DNA from: Elsinoe ampelina
Taxonomy: Eukaryota
Assembly: GCA_010093995.1 (NCBI GenBank)
Contig: ML992502.1
Span: 737,001 to 801,000 of the forward strand
Length of the DNA stretch: 64,000 bases
Reading direction: 5' to 3'
Position numbers and translations under genes: made by a program. Within the stretch, counting starts at the first letter, position 1; each line of letters begins with the position of its first letter. Positions 37,050 through 48,508 of this stretch are shown one piece after another. The notes under the pieces were generated by a model, which had not been told where the DNA came from, did not search any database, and worked only from the letters and a program-made list of their open reading frames with translations.

Positions 37050-39797
37050 CTACAACGTCCCAGTACCACGGTAGTTGTCCGGGTCTCCGTCCAGGTCTCC
37101 CTCGTAGAGATCCTCATCGACGTCTACGCCCTCTTCCTCCTCCAGTTCCGGATCCGACTGCATGTCCCAATCGACACCGACGTCGACACTCTCGTCGTCG
37201 TCGTCGTCTTCTTCCTCTTCTTCCTCCTCACCGTTGTCGGGAATCTCAATCGGTCCCTGCTGCTCTGCGCCCCGCTGCTGCGATGTCTCGGTCGTAGCTA
37301 CAGTTGCTTCCTCTGGCTTCTCCGCCTCTGCTTCGGGCTCAGGCGCAGGCGACGCACTTGCTGCACTAGCGGAGCTCGTCCTGCGCTTCTTCCTCTTACT
37401 GACGTCCTCTCCACTCGCTTCACGCACCCTCTTCAGTGCCGCCTTCTCCTCTTTCCTGCTCGTTGCTTTGCCCATGCTGACATTCTCTTCTCGTTCTTCG
37501 ACCCAGCTTGCGTCTCCAATCTGCACTCTCCTCCTGCCCACGGACGAAGCGACGCTACTCGCGCGACTCCTGCTGGTGCTGCTCACTTCACTCTCGGTGG
37601 AGCTGAATGCGGACCCCTCCCTCTCCCTCCTGCCTGGCTGACTGGCGTTGACACCATCGTAGATACGATTCAGAGCCTCGTAGTCGATGTTCTTACTGAA
37701 AGCGGGAGGAGCACGTTTGCTCAGCATTCTTGCTGTCGCATCGGCCGGACTGGTGACGGGTGATCCTTCAAGGACTGTACCGTCTCCCATCTTGCTCCTC
37801 CTTCGCTTTTTCTTCTTCTTGTCTGACTTGCCCTCTGCCTTTTCAAGTTCTTGTCGGAGGATCTTGGCTTGTTGAGCGCGCAGCCAATCTTCGTTATCAC
37901 GCAGCCAGATAGCCTCTTTGACTCTGGCTGTCTCTTCGTCCAGGACAGCATTGATCACCTCGGGGTCGTCGGCAAACTCGTCTGGATCAATAATCTCGCT
38001 ATCCGATATGGTGGAAATGGTACGCCCTTGAGCCGCGAGACGATCAGCTAGTGCTCTAGCTGCAATGCTGCGTTGTTCCTCAGCAGTCTGCTTGGCTCGT
38101 GCATTCAGCTTCTCGCGCTCGGCATCATCACGAGCAGATACGCAGTCTTCATCTTGCAAGATCGACTTGATATCGTATTCCAGCTCGTTCTCAGAAGCAA
38201 AGTCAGCCTCGGTGAATTGGATTACCGGCGGCTGCTTGCGACCACGCTTCTTCGGTGGCTCGTTGCCGTCTGATGGGGCAGTCTGTGCTGTTTGAGATGA
38301 TGGCAGGGGAGGTATGACAAAGCCATCTGCATCGCGGCGTGTTTCCTGAGTCGCAGATGGTGGGAAGCTGGCCGCTTGTGGTTGTGAGGTAGAATCTTGA
38401 GTTTGGGAAGAGTCTGGCGTTGGTAAGGGTGCGTTTTGGTTCTGGGAGATGGTGTCGTTGGTGCGGACTGAATTTCTCTTCCTCTTAGCTGGTGTGACCG
38501 TGCCAGTACCTTGGGGGGCGCCAGAAGCTGGAGCAGAATTGGCAGGTGGAGTAGTCTCCTCTGAAGAATCTGGTACGTCACTCGTCGGTGCCTCGGACTG
38601 TGACCTTTCACTGTCAACGTCGGATGGTGCCAAAGAAGATTGTCTAGATGTGTCTGAGATGGTTTCGGCGGTCTTCTGCTCCAGTCTGGCCATACGCTTT
38701 CTCAGATGATTTTCTAGTCGACTTTGACGCATATTGGCAGCATTGACAGAAGGAGGGTCGTGAGCGTACTTGAGTCGAAGGCCGTTGATACGGAATTGCT
38801 GAACGCTCATGGCACTACTCCTTGTCTGCTTGAATTCCTGGAGACGACTGTTGATGGTAATGTTTGAGACCTTGACGATGTAGACTACTTCTCGGACAGT
38901 TCTGCGGAAATTGTTCATGCGGGCAGCGAGAATAATGCATGCACCACAGAGACCAGCAGGGTGACGACCAGTGACCATCCAATCTCTCTTCATACGTCTA
39001 ATGATTCGAGCGGCGTCTGCCGCGACTTCTCTGGTCTTGTCGCCGAATTCCAGTCTCTGACAGTATTTCATGAGAAGTGGCTCAATCTCCATAAGCACCT
39101 TGACATTATGTGTCTGTCGAAGATAGAGTACTTTTGTCATCTCCTTGTAGATGTCACCGAGTGAAAAGACATTGACCTGTTGTGTCTCCGCAATGTCCAT
39201 GAGCATGATGGTATTGTTCTCCTCACGACGGCAGGCAGCATACAGACATGCGGCGGCGACTTCATTCGTCCTGCGACCTTGAATGAAGTTGTTGGCGGAC
39301 GCTAGTCCCCAGATAGTGTTGGCCATTTCTTCGACTGTCTTGCTGATACCGAGTTGAATACACATCTGTCTGAGCTCGTTCCTGCCATTCTCCTTGGTCT
39401 CTTCGCGAGTCTCACGTGTCGATCCTCCTAGCCTGCGATTTGCCTGACTACCGAGGGTGTTGGCGTGACGAGCATCATTTCCAATGTATCCGCCCTGGAC
39501 TTCAGCTCTGCCGGTGGACGATTCGCCGAACGTAACTTCCGAGACGATATTGTTTTCACTGAGTTGATTACCGCAATTGGTACAGATCAAGCAGCCATCG
39601 TGGGTTTCGAGCTTAGGATTATCGCAGCATTTGCTTGTTGTTTCTGTAGGCGCTGCGTGGACGGGTGGGGTTGCAGACACAGGTGGTGGCGTGGCGGGTA
39701 TGCCTGTGAATGTCTTGTTGCGTCCAAGACGACGTACACCTGGTCGTGGCTTGGAGATGGGCGGAGCGGGAGGCATAGTGAATGCCACCGCCGTCAC
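37050..39797 (-). CDS. BRF1: TFIIIB subunit Brf1
   Basis: Zinc ribbon (CCDNP..CTNCG), IVSEVTFGE, cyclin folds (IQGRR..AACLY.ACR; RDWMVTGRHPAGLCGAC) and C-terminal Brf1 blocks (KEAIWLRDNEDW, FSKNIDYE). Confidence 0.96.
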   Translation of the reverse strand: MTAVAFTMPPAPPISKPRPGVRRLGRNKTFTGIPATPPPVSATPPVHAAPTETTSKCCDNPKLETHDGCLICTNCGNQLSENNIVSEVTFGESSTGRAEVQGGYIGNDARHANTLGSQANRRLGGSTRETREETKENGRNELRQMCIQLGISKTVEEMANTIWGLASANNFIQGRRTNEVAAACLYAACRREENNTIMLMDIAETQQVNVFSLGDIYKEMTKVLYLRQTHNVKVLMEIEPLLMKYCQRLEFGDKTREVAADAARIIRRMKRDWMVTGRHPAGLCGACIILAARMNNFRRTVREVVYIVKVSNITINSRLQEFKQTRSSAMSVQQFRINGLRLKYAHDPPSVNAANMRQSRLENHLRKRMARLEQKTAETISDTSRQSSLAPSDVDSERSQSEAPTSDVPDSSEETTPPANSAPASGAPQGTGTVTPAKRKRNSVRTNDTISQNQNAPLPTPDSSQTQDSTSQPQAASFPPSATQETRRDADGFVIPPLPSSQTAQTAPSDGNEPPKKRGRKQPPVIQFTEADFASENELEYDIKSILQDEDCVSARDDAEREKLNARAKQTAEEQRSIAARALADRLAAQGRTISTISDSEIIDPDEFADDPEVINAVLDEETARVKEAIWLRDNEDWLRAQQAKILRQELEKAEGKSDKKKKKRRRSKMGDGTVLEGSPVTSPADATARMLSKRAPPAFSKNIDYEALNRIYDGVNASQPGRREREGSAFSSTESEVSSTSRSRASSVASSVGRRRVQIGDASWVEEREENVSMGKATSRKEEKAALKRVREASGEDVSKRKKRRTSSASAASASPAPEPEAEAEKPEEATVATTETSQQRGAEQQGPIEIPDNGEEEEEEEDDDDDESVDVGVDWDMQSDPELEEEEGVDVDEDLYEGDLDGDPDNYRGTGTL

Positions 39798-40532
39798 TCA
39801 CGTGACCTCTGATTGTCGTTGATACTGTCGGATAGTGCAGTGAGAGGTGATGCTGTTGTGAGAGGCCTGGATGACTCAATCGGGATTTTCGATGGAGGAA
39901 GTGGGGTTGTGTGGCCCGGTCGGAAAGAGCAAAAGCTCCCGTCTCACCGCAGATGGTAAAAATTCTGCGGTGACCTTGCACGACTCTGGTTCGAGTTCGA
40001 CTGGCTGCTTTTGCTCAGCAATTTCTCATCCCAATGTTGACATTGGAAGTCCTCTGGAATGCGGGCTGCTTCAGCGGATGCTGTTGCTCTGAATTGCATT
40101 CCCCTGCTATAAGGTATCTGCCCTCGAAAGTCCTCTTGCGTCGAGTGAGTAGAAGTACTGCCATGACACCTTCAACAACGCAGTCAATTGACTCTGTGAA
40201 TGTAATACATGCTCTCTTTTCCACCATTTCATCTCAATAGGCAGGACAATAGGGTTCTCAAGCCACAATGCGGGACAATGCAGCACAAGCCCGTTCACGA
40301 GCATTCTCACTTGCACCCAAGCTTTGTCACGGCTCTGCCTGCCGTGGGCTCTGGATGTCTATGGAGATCATCAGCCTTTGATGATCGTCGGTCTTATGCG
40401 GATCACTTGCTGGGTAAGGGGTGTCCCAAGCCATGGGGAGATGAAGGGGACCATTCACCAACAGGTCTGATCACTTCGCTGAAAGCCGAGAGGCTCTTCT
40501 GTTCCTTTTACACGGACCAGACTTTGGCGCTA

Positions 40533-40572
40533 CAGTCGTTTTGAGTTCAACCGAGCCACCCCGGGCTTGGCG
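40533..40572 (+). repeat. left TIR (perfect 40-bp core)
   Basis: Exact reverse complement of 57766-57805. Confidence 0.97.
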
Positions 40573-40700
40573 TGTTATACTCCGCGTCGACCTCTCGTTA
40601 TCAAATTTGGCTAGCTAGAAGTCCATAGAGAATACCGATAAATTAAAGCTAAAAAAAGGTATAATAGTCGCTATACTACTCTAATTAGGTTGTCACTGTT

Positions 40701-41705
40701 ATAGTTAATTATTAGATAGCTAAATTGAAACTAGCGGACGTGTAGTTCTTACTTACTAAAGGGTACACTAATTGTGCTATTTATGCTACTACTAAGGTAG
40801 CTAGAGCTATAATCTACTAAATTTGACTATCCCTTAAGTTCTTTAGTACTCCTTATCCTCCTATTAAAGCTTATATACTATACCCTTATACTCTTACCCC
40901 TTTCTTAGAAGATATAAGTCCTTTATAGCTAAGCTCTTTCTATACTAACCTATCTAAGGAGGTAATAGCCTACCTAAATAATATCTCTACTACTTATCTT
41001 AACGAAGTTTAAGCCTTCTTAAGAGAGATATATAATTACTAGGTGTACTTAAGTATAATCTAGTATATAATCTAGCGCTAGTAGTAGTCTCGAAAGGTAG
41101 CTAAGAAGGTAGCGGCTAAAAGAGATATAATACTTAGGGCAAATTAGACTCGAAGGTATATACTTTAGCTAGTCGATAGAATTGTTTATATTAATAAGTT
41201 AGCTTATAATAAGTATATAGCGTAGAGAAGGTATAGGTAGGCGCCTATTAGTAAGGAGTGTATAGATATCTAGCTAAAGTAGCGTAGTAAGAGATAGAGT
41301 ATATTACCGGCTATTACTATTAATAGCTATCTCCTTAGTACCTTAATCTACTATAGATTAATCACTAGTAAGATCTTTATTAGCTAGCTAATAGATGTAA
41401 TAATACTAGAGCTTCTAGCTAGTATAATCTTCGTTATAGATAATACTTTAATCTACTAGAGCGATAAGGTAAAGAAGCTAGTATAAGAGTATAGAAGTTA
41501 CCTTAAATACCTACTGCTCTATTTGCTAGATTTTAATCCTATTAAGTAATCCTTCTCGGTGCTAAAGGCGTAGGTAAAGTAACACTATAATCTAGTCGCT
41601 AGGTACGAGAAATACGCTAATTTCTTAGAGCTAGCTATCTACTTATATAGCGGACTACACGCTAAGGCGCACTTTAAGAGCTATAGATATAGTATAAGGT
41701 TATAG
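40701..41705 (+). pseudogene. DD34E transposase (RIP-destroyed)
   Basis: De-RIP reading gives an HTH-like N-terminus, IDES..N..T..RRYGWAP, RWSILPAIT, MDNASIH (D at 41439) and YLPPYSPDFNPIE (E at 41544, with 34 intervening codons). Probable intron at ~40914-40968. Confidence 0.9.
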
Positions 41706-41895
41706 GGGATCTATTTAGTACGTAAGAAATTACTTATATTAAATAAGTTTAATGCTAAGACCTAGTAAAAACTCTTTACTACTACTATAACTACTCTATA
41801 CTATACGTGTACTACTTTAAGTTAGATAAACTAAGTCTAGTTCGGTAGCCGAACTAGATTAATATCTATCTCGGCCGCTAAGCTAGTTAAATTGT

Positions 41896-42358
41896 TATTA
41901 CGAACTGTCTAAACATAGCCTACACTAGTAGTCTAAGCTAAGCTAAGAACGAGGTAGTTTTACTTCTATAGTAGTATAGTACTAAGGTAAGAGTTAGAGA
42001 AGGTATGTCTTATAGATAATAAAGTACATTTAGATAGTATTATAAAGGCTAGCCTTAGTAATACTAGTGTTTACTATCTAGACAAGGTTAACTATAGTAC
42101 TTATATAAGGTAAGGACTACTCCTATATATATATGTTCTTTACTATATACTCTATATGCTCTATATACTCTATAGCAAGAGTCGGGGGCAATATAGAGTA
42201 TATGTCTACTAGTAACCTATATGCTCTATAGTCCCTAGAGTAGAGCTACTAGAGAAGATAGAGAACTAGGTAAACGTCGGGCTAGGTTACGTAATAACTC
42301 TAGTAGTTTAATTAGTCCTAACGTCTCTATACTTTAGCTATCCTACTAGTTTATAACA
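41896..42358 (-). repeat. 3' LTR of Gypsy copy 2
   Basis: 463 bp, with the polypurine tract adjacent on its internal side. Confidence 0.95.
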
Positions 42359-42432
42359 TTACTCTCCTCTCTTAATTAAGTTATCCTAATAAGTAAGTAT
42401 TCTTTCTTATTCTTACGCGCTATATACTAAAT

Positions 42433-42981
42433 ATGTCTCTTAGTTATTAAAGGCATAGTAAATCTAGTATATCTGTACGAAAGAACCTCTTAGAGTTTAT
42501 TAAATTGTTTAGAACTAACATGCTATAAGCTTACTCTTATTATAAGTCGAAAGAGTTAAACTATAAAGTCTATATTTAGTTAGGTATTTATAGCTAGTAT
42601 ATCGCAAGTAACTACTTGAGTTATAATATTTAAGTAACAAAATTAGAATAGTAGCGTCTCTAGTCTAAGCATATTTATTAGTAAAAGGAATTAGTTACGG
42701 CTAAGGCTACTAGAAAGAAAGCTAAAGAAGCTTATAAAAAGGCAAAAGAGGCTTATTAAAGAGCTATAGGTAATAAGCTTTACCTACGTAAAGAGATATA
42801 AAAGTTAGAGGACAAGGTAGAGAAAGTAATCTCTCTAGAAGAGACTTATATTTAAGTCTTAGAGTAGGAGGAAATACTATTGTTAGTAGATCCTGTCCTA
42901 CTATAGAACTAGTAATTATTTATACCTAACTCTAATTAGAGTTCCTTACTTAGTAACAATTAAGGTGCTCTTATTAGTTAA
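42433..42981 (+). pseudogene. antisense extra ORF of Gypsy copy 2 (Zn2Cys6-like plus coiled coil); end approximate
   Basis: ATG at 42433 and ~180 codons. TAY codons are spaced x2-x6-x8-x2-x7 and followed by KELV..AKATRKKAKEA..KAKEA. Confidence 0.65.
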
Positions 42982-45233
42982 GTAATCTTCCTTAGGTATT
43001 CTCGTTTTTGTTTAGTATTTAGAGTACTAGGTCTATCTAGTTAGTTTACTTAGAATAGGTTCTTAATCTAGTAATCTAGAATTACTTATAAGGTAAAGTG
43101 CTCCTCTAGTTCCTATATTACTTTACTATACTAATATCCCTTCTAGTAAATAAGATAGTAGTATTTTCCTTTTATAAGTTTATAACGTAAAACTCTTTCG
43201 ATCTTATACTATAGCTCCTATGTTTCTTTATCTAGTTCGATAGGTCTAGGTATAGTATTCTATAGTGCTTTCTCTAGTAGTAATATATAAAAGACTAGAT
43301 AGATCCTTATATGTCTTAGTAGTTCTAGTTTATATACGTTCTTATTTTTCTTTTCTAGGATCTTAAAGAGTTCTAGCTTAGTATAGTTAAGTTTCTTACT
43401 TAGTTGCTTCGTTTTAATGTTTTTACTAAGGAGGTAAACTTTCTCCCCCTTCTATAGAATTAGTCCTATAATTCTCTTCTAGTTAGTAAACTCTACTATT
43501 CTTTGTAATATAAATACTATATTATAGTATAGCTAGTTATATAGTTTCTTAATGTTAGCTACTAGTATATTAGCGTCCTTAGATATTAGCTTAATTCTAA
43601 GTGTGTTATAGTATAGATCTAAGTATATTCTATAGTTTATATAGAATAGTAAAATTCTATTTACTAACTTTCTATTATTAATAGCGAGCTCTACGAGTAG
43701 TAATAGTGTTACCTATAAGTCTTACTTATAGTTTAGGTAGTATTATAGGTACTACTCTAGTACTTAATTTGCCTATTTAGTTTATCCGTCCGTCTAAAGA
43801 TAAAAGGAGGTTAATAGCTTATATTTAACTCCTATTAGGTCTATAAATAATTGCTAGAATTATAACATAAATAGCTTATCCCTATTAGTTATTAGGTCTT
43901 ATAGTACTTTATGTTATAAAACAATTATTTAGAGAAAGGTAAAGGCTATATCCTCGGTAGTTACTATTATCTTATATAGTATAAAGTAGTAATACTTCGT
44001 AAACCTATCTACTAGGACTAGAATACTATTATACTTTATACCTATAAGAGGTTCTTCTAATAGCGGTAAAGGTCCTATAAAGTCTATTATAACTAATTAC
44101 TATAGTTTATCCAGTAGTAGTAAGAGTTATAATAGGCTATATAACTTATGTCGTAAGTACTTAGACTTATAGCATATATCGTATATAGTAATATATGTCT
44201 TAATATTATTTTAGAGTTCTTTCTATAGGTAGTTTTATATAATAAGTTTAATAGTCTTATCGATCCTACTATACTCTACTATTAGGTTATTATAGTGTAT
44301 TTAAATAACTTCTTTCTTCTATTCTTACGTAAGCTCCTAGGTAAGGCTATATAACTACTCTACCTTCGGGTACTTATAGACTAGAGCGCTATCTTACTAC
44401 TTTAGTATAGAGGCCTCTATTATTATTATATTCTTTAAGTAATCTAGTTATTAGCTAAGAGCGTCTACTCTACTATTCTCTAATCCCTTAATATAGTAGA
44501 TCTAAAAGTTATAGCTTATAAGTGTTTCTAACTATTAAACCTATTATCTATTAAGAACCTTAGTTGTTGTTTAATATAATAGGTTTTTATAGTTAGTATA
44601 GACTTATATAGGTAAGGTTATTTCTTCTAGGTATACTCTCTATTTACGGAATGCCTTTATAATTGTAAGTAACTCTTTATTATATATGTTATAGTTAAGT
44701 TTAGGTCTAGTTATTTTTCGTAAGTAATATATAATTAGGTAGCGTTATTCTTCCGCGTTCTTCTACGCTAGATATGCTCTTATTATAAAGTCCGAGGCAT
44801 CTATTTCTAGTAGTGCTTATTAGTCTAGGTTAAAGAGTACTAGAATAGGTACTATTATAAGTCTAAGCTTTAGCTTCTTAAAGGCCTATCTACATTTCTT
44901 ATTAAAGATAAATCTAGTTTCTTTCTTTATAAGGTTAGATATTAGCATAGCTACCTTAGAGAATTCTTTAATAAACTTATAGTAGTAGTTAAAGAACTCT
45001 AGTAGCGCTTAAACCTCCTTAACTATAGTAGGTTCTAGCTAGTTATTTACTAACTTAATCTTTTTTAGGTTAGGTCTAATGCTATTAGTAGATATAATAT
45101 AGCTTAGAAATTATATCTTATATTTATAAAACTCACACTTAGAGAGCTTTACTAGTAGGTCTTTTTCTTTTAGTTTCTATAGTACTTTACGAATATATCC
45201 TACATATTTATTATACGTCTTTAAGAAGATAAC

Positions 45234-45696
45234 TATTACGAACTATCTAAACATAGCCTACGCTAGTAGTCTAAGCTAAGCTAAGAACGAGGTAGTTCTA
45301 CTTCTATAGTAGTATAGCACTAAGGTAAGAGTTAGAGAAGATATGTCTTATAGATAATAAAGTACAATTAGATAGTATTATAAAGGCTAGCCTTAGCAAT
45401 ACTAGTGTTTGCTATCTAGACGAGGTTAACTATAGTACTTATATAAGGTAAGGACTACTCCTATATACATGTATTCTTTACTATATACTCTATATACTCT
45501 ATATACTTCGTAGCAAGAGTCGGAGGTAATATAGAGTATACATCCGCTAGTAACCTATATGCTCTATAGTCCCTAGAGTAGAGCTACTAGAGAAGATAGA
45601 GAACCGAGTAAACGTCGGGCTAGGTTACGTAATAACTCTAGTAGTTTAATTAGTCCTAGCGTCTCTACGCTTTAGCTATCCTACTAGTTTATAACA
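45234..45696 (-). repeat. 3' LTR of Gypsy copy 3
   Basis: 463 bp, homologous to the other LTRs. Confidence 0.95.
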
Positions 45697-47918
45697 TTAC
45701 TTTTCTCCCTTAATTAAGTTGTCCTAATAAGTAAGTATTCTTTCTTGTCCTTATACGCTATATACTAAACATGTCTCTTAGTTATTAAAGACATAGTAAA
45801 TCTAGTATATCTACACGAAAGAACCTCTTAGAGTTTATTAAATTGTTTAGAACTAACATACTATAAGCTTACTCTTATTATAAGTCGAAAGAGTTAAACT
45901 ATAAAGTCTATATTTAGTTAGGTATTTATAGCTAGTATATTATAAGTAACTACTCGAGTTATAATATTTAAGTAATAAAATTAGAATAGTAGAGTAATAA
46001 AATTAGAATAGTAGCGTCTTTAGTCTAAGTATATTTATTTACGAAAGGAATTAGTTATAGCTAAGGCTACTAGAAAGAAAGCCGAAGAAGCTTATAAAAA
46101 GGCAAAAGAGGCTTATTAAAGAGCTATAGGTAATAAGCTTTACCTACGTAAAGAGATATAAAAGTTAAAGGATAAGGTAGAGAAAGTAATCTCTCTAGAA
46201 GAGACTCGTATTTAAGTCCTAGAGTAGGAGGAAATACTATCGTTAGTAGATCCTATCCTACTATAGAACTAGTAATTATTTATGCCTAACTCTAATTAGA
46301 GTTCCTTACTTAGTAACGATTAAGGTGCTTCTATTAGTTAAGTAATCTTCCTTAGGCATTCTTATTTTTGTTTAGTATTTAGAGTACTAGGTCCGTCTAG
46401 TTAGTTTACTTAGAATAGGTTCTTAATCTAGTAATCTAGAATTACTTACGAGGTAAGGTACTTCTCTAGTTCCTATATTACTTCGCTATACTAATGTCTC
46501 TTCTAGTAAATAAGATAGTAGTGTTTTTCTTTTATAAGTTTATAACGTAAAACTCTTTCGATTTTATACTATAGCTTCTATGTTTCTTTATCTAGTTCGA
46601 TAAGTCTAGGTATAGTATTCTATAGTACTTTCTCTAGTAGAGATATATAAAAGACTAGATAGATCCTTATATGTCTTAGTAGTTCTAGTTTATATACGTT
46701 CTTGTTTTTCTGTTCTAGGATCTTAAAGAGTCCTAGCTTAGTGTAGTTAAGTTTCTTACTTAGTTACTTCGTTTTAATATTTTTACTAAGGAGGTAAACT
46801 TTCTCCCCCTTCTATAGAATTAGTCCTATAATTCTCTTCTAGTTAGTAAACTCTACTATTCTCTATAATATAAATACTATATTATAGTATAGCTAGTTAT
46901 ATAGTTTCTTAATATTAGCTACTAGTATATTAGTATCCTTAGATATTAGCTTAATTCCGAGTGTGTTATAGTATAGATCTAGGTATATTCTATAGTTTAC
47001 GTAGAATAGTAAAATTCTATTTACTAACTTTCTATTATTAATAGTAAGCTCTACGAGTAGTAATAGTGTCGCCTATAAGTCTTGCTTATAGTTTAGATAG
47101 TATTATAGGTACTACTCTAGTACTTAATTTACCTGTTTAGTTTATCTATCTATCTATAGATAAAAGAAGGTTAATAGCTTATATTTAACTCCTATTAGAT
47201 CTACAAATAATTACTAGAATTATAACGTAAATAGCTTATCTCTATTAGTTATTAGGTCTCGTAGTACTCTATGTTATAAAACAATTATTTAGAGGAAGGC
47301 AAAGACTATATCCTTAGTAGTTACTATTATCTTATATAGTATAAAGTAGTAATACTTCGTAAATCTATCTACTAGAACTAGAATACTATTATACTTTATA
47401 CTTATAAGAGGTTCTTCTAATAGTAGTAAAGGTCCTATAAAGTCTATTATAACTAATTACTATAGTTTATCTAGTAGTAGTAAGGGTTATAATAGGCCGT
47501 ATAGCTTATATCGTAAGTGCTTAGACTTATAGCATATATCGTATGTAGTAATATATGTCTTAATATTGTTTTAGAGTCCTTTCTATAGGTAGTTTTATAT
47601 AATGAGTTTAATAGTCTTATCGATTCTACTATGCTCTACTATTAGGTTATTATAGTGTATTTAAATAACTTCTTTCTTCTATTCTTACGTAAGCTTCTAG
47701 GTAAGGCTATATAACTACTTTACCTTCGGGTGCTTATAGACTAGAGCGCTATCTTACTACTTTAGTATAGAAGTCTCTATTATTGTTATATTCTTTAAGT
47801 AATCTAGTTGTTAGCTAAGAGTATCTACTCTACTATTCTCTAATCCCTTAATATAGTAGATCTAAAAGTTATAGCTTATAAGTGTTTCTAACTATTAAAC
47901 CTATTATCTATTAAGAAC

Positions 47919-48508
47919 NNNNNNNNNNNNNNNNNNNNNNNNNNNNNNNNNNNNNNNNNNNNNNNNNNNNNNNNNNNNNNNNNNNNNNNNNNNNNNNNNN
48001 NNNNNNNNNNNNNNNNNNNNNNNNNNNNNNNNNNNNNNNNNNNNNNNNNNNNNNNNNNNNNNNNNNNNNNNNNNNNNNNNNNNNNNNNNNNNNNNNNNNN
48101 NNNNNNNNNNNNNNNNNNNNNNNNNNNNNNNNNNNNNNNNNNNNNNNNNNNNNNNNNNNNNNNNNNNNNNNNNNNNNNNNNNNNNNNNNNNNNNNNNNNN
48201 NNNNNNNNNNNNNNNNNNNNNNNNNNNNNNNNNNNNNNNNNNNNNNNNNNNNNNNNNNNNNNNNNNNNNNNNNNNNNNNNNNNNNNNNNNNNNNNNNNNN
48301 NNNNNNNNNNNNNNNNNNNNNNNNNNNNNNNNNNNNNNNNNNNNNNNNNNNNNNNNNNNNNNNNNNNNNNNNNNNNNNNNNNNNNNNNNNNNNNNNNNNN
48401 NNNNNNNNNNNNNNNNNNNNNNNNNNNNNNNNNNNNNNNNNNNNNNNNNNNNNNNNNNNNNNNNNNNNNNNNNNNNNNNNNNNNNNNNNNNNNNNNNNNN
48501 NNNNNNNN
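47919..48508. other. assembly gap (N) inside copy 3
   Basis: 590 N. Confidence 1.

Noticed and set aside
37050..39797. Functional link between BRF1 (a Pol III factor) and the split tRNA
   Set aside because: They are 23 kb apart with unrelated genes between them; co-location is probably coincidental.
39988..40000. B-box-like GGTTCGAGTTC upstream of BRF1 (possible autoregulatory TFIIIC site)
   Set aside because: Mismatches the GTTCRANYC consensus, and there is no A box or cloverleaf.
40379..40470. TGATGA...CTGA spaced like a box C/D snoRNA or a U3 3' domain
   Set aside because: No rRNA guide complement or U3 boxes A/B could be recognised; an Rfam/snoscan search would be needed.
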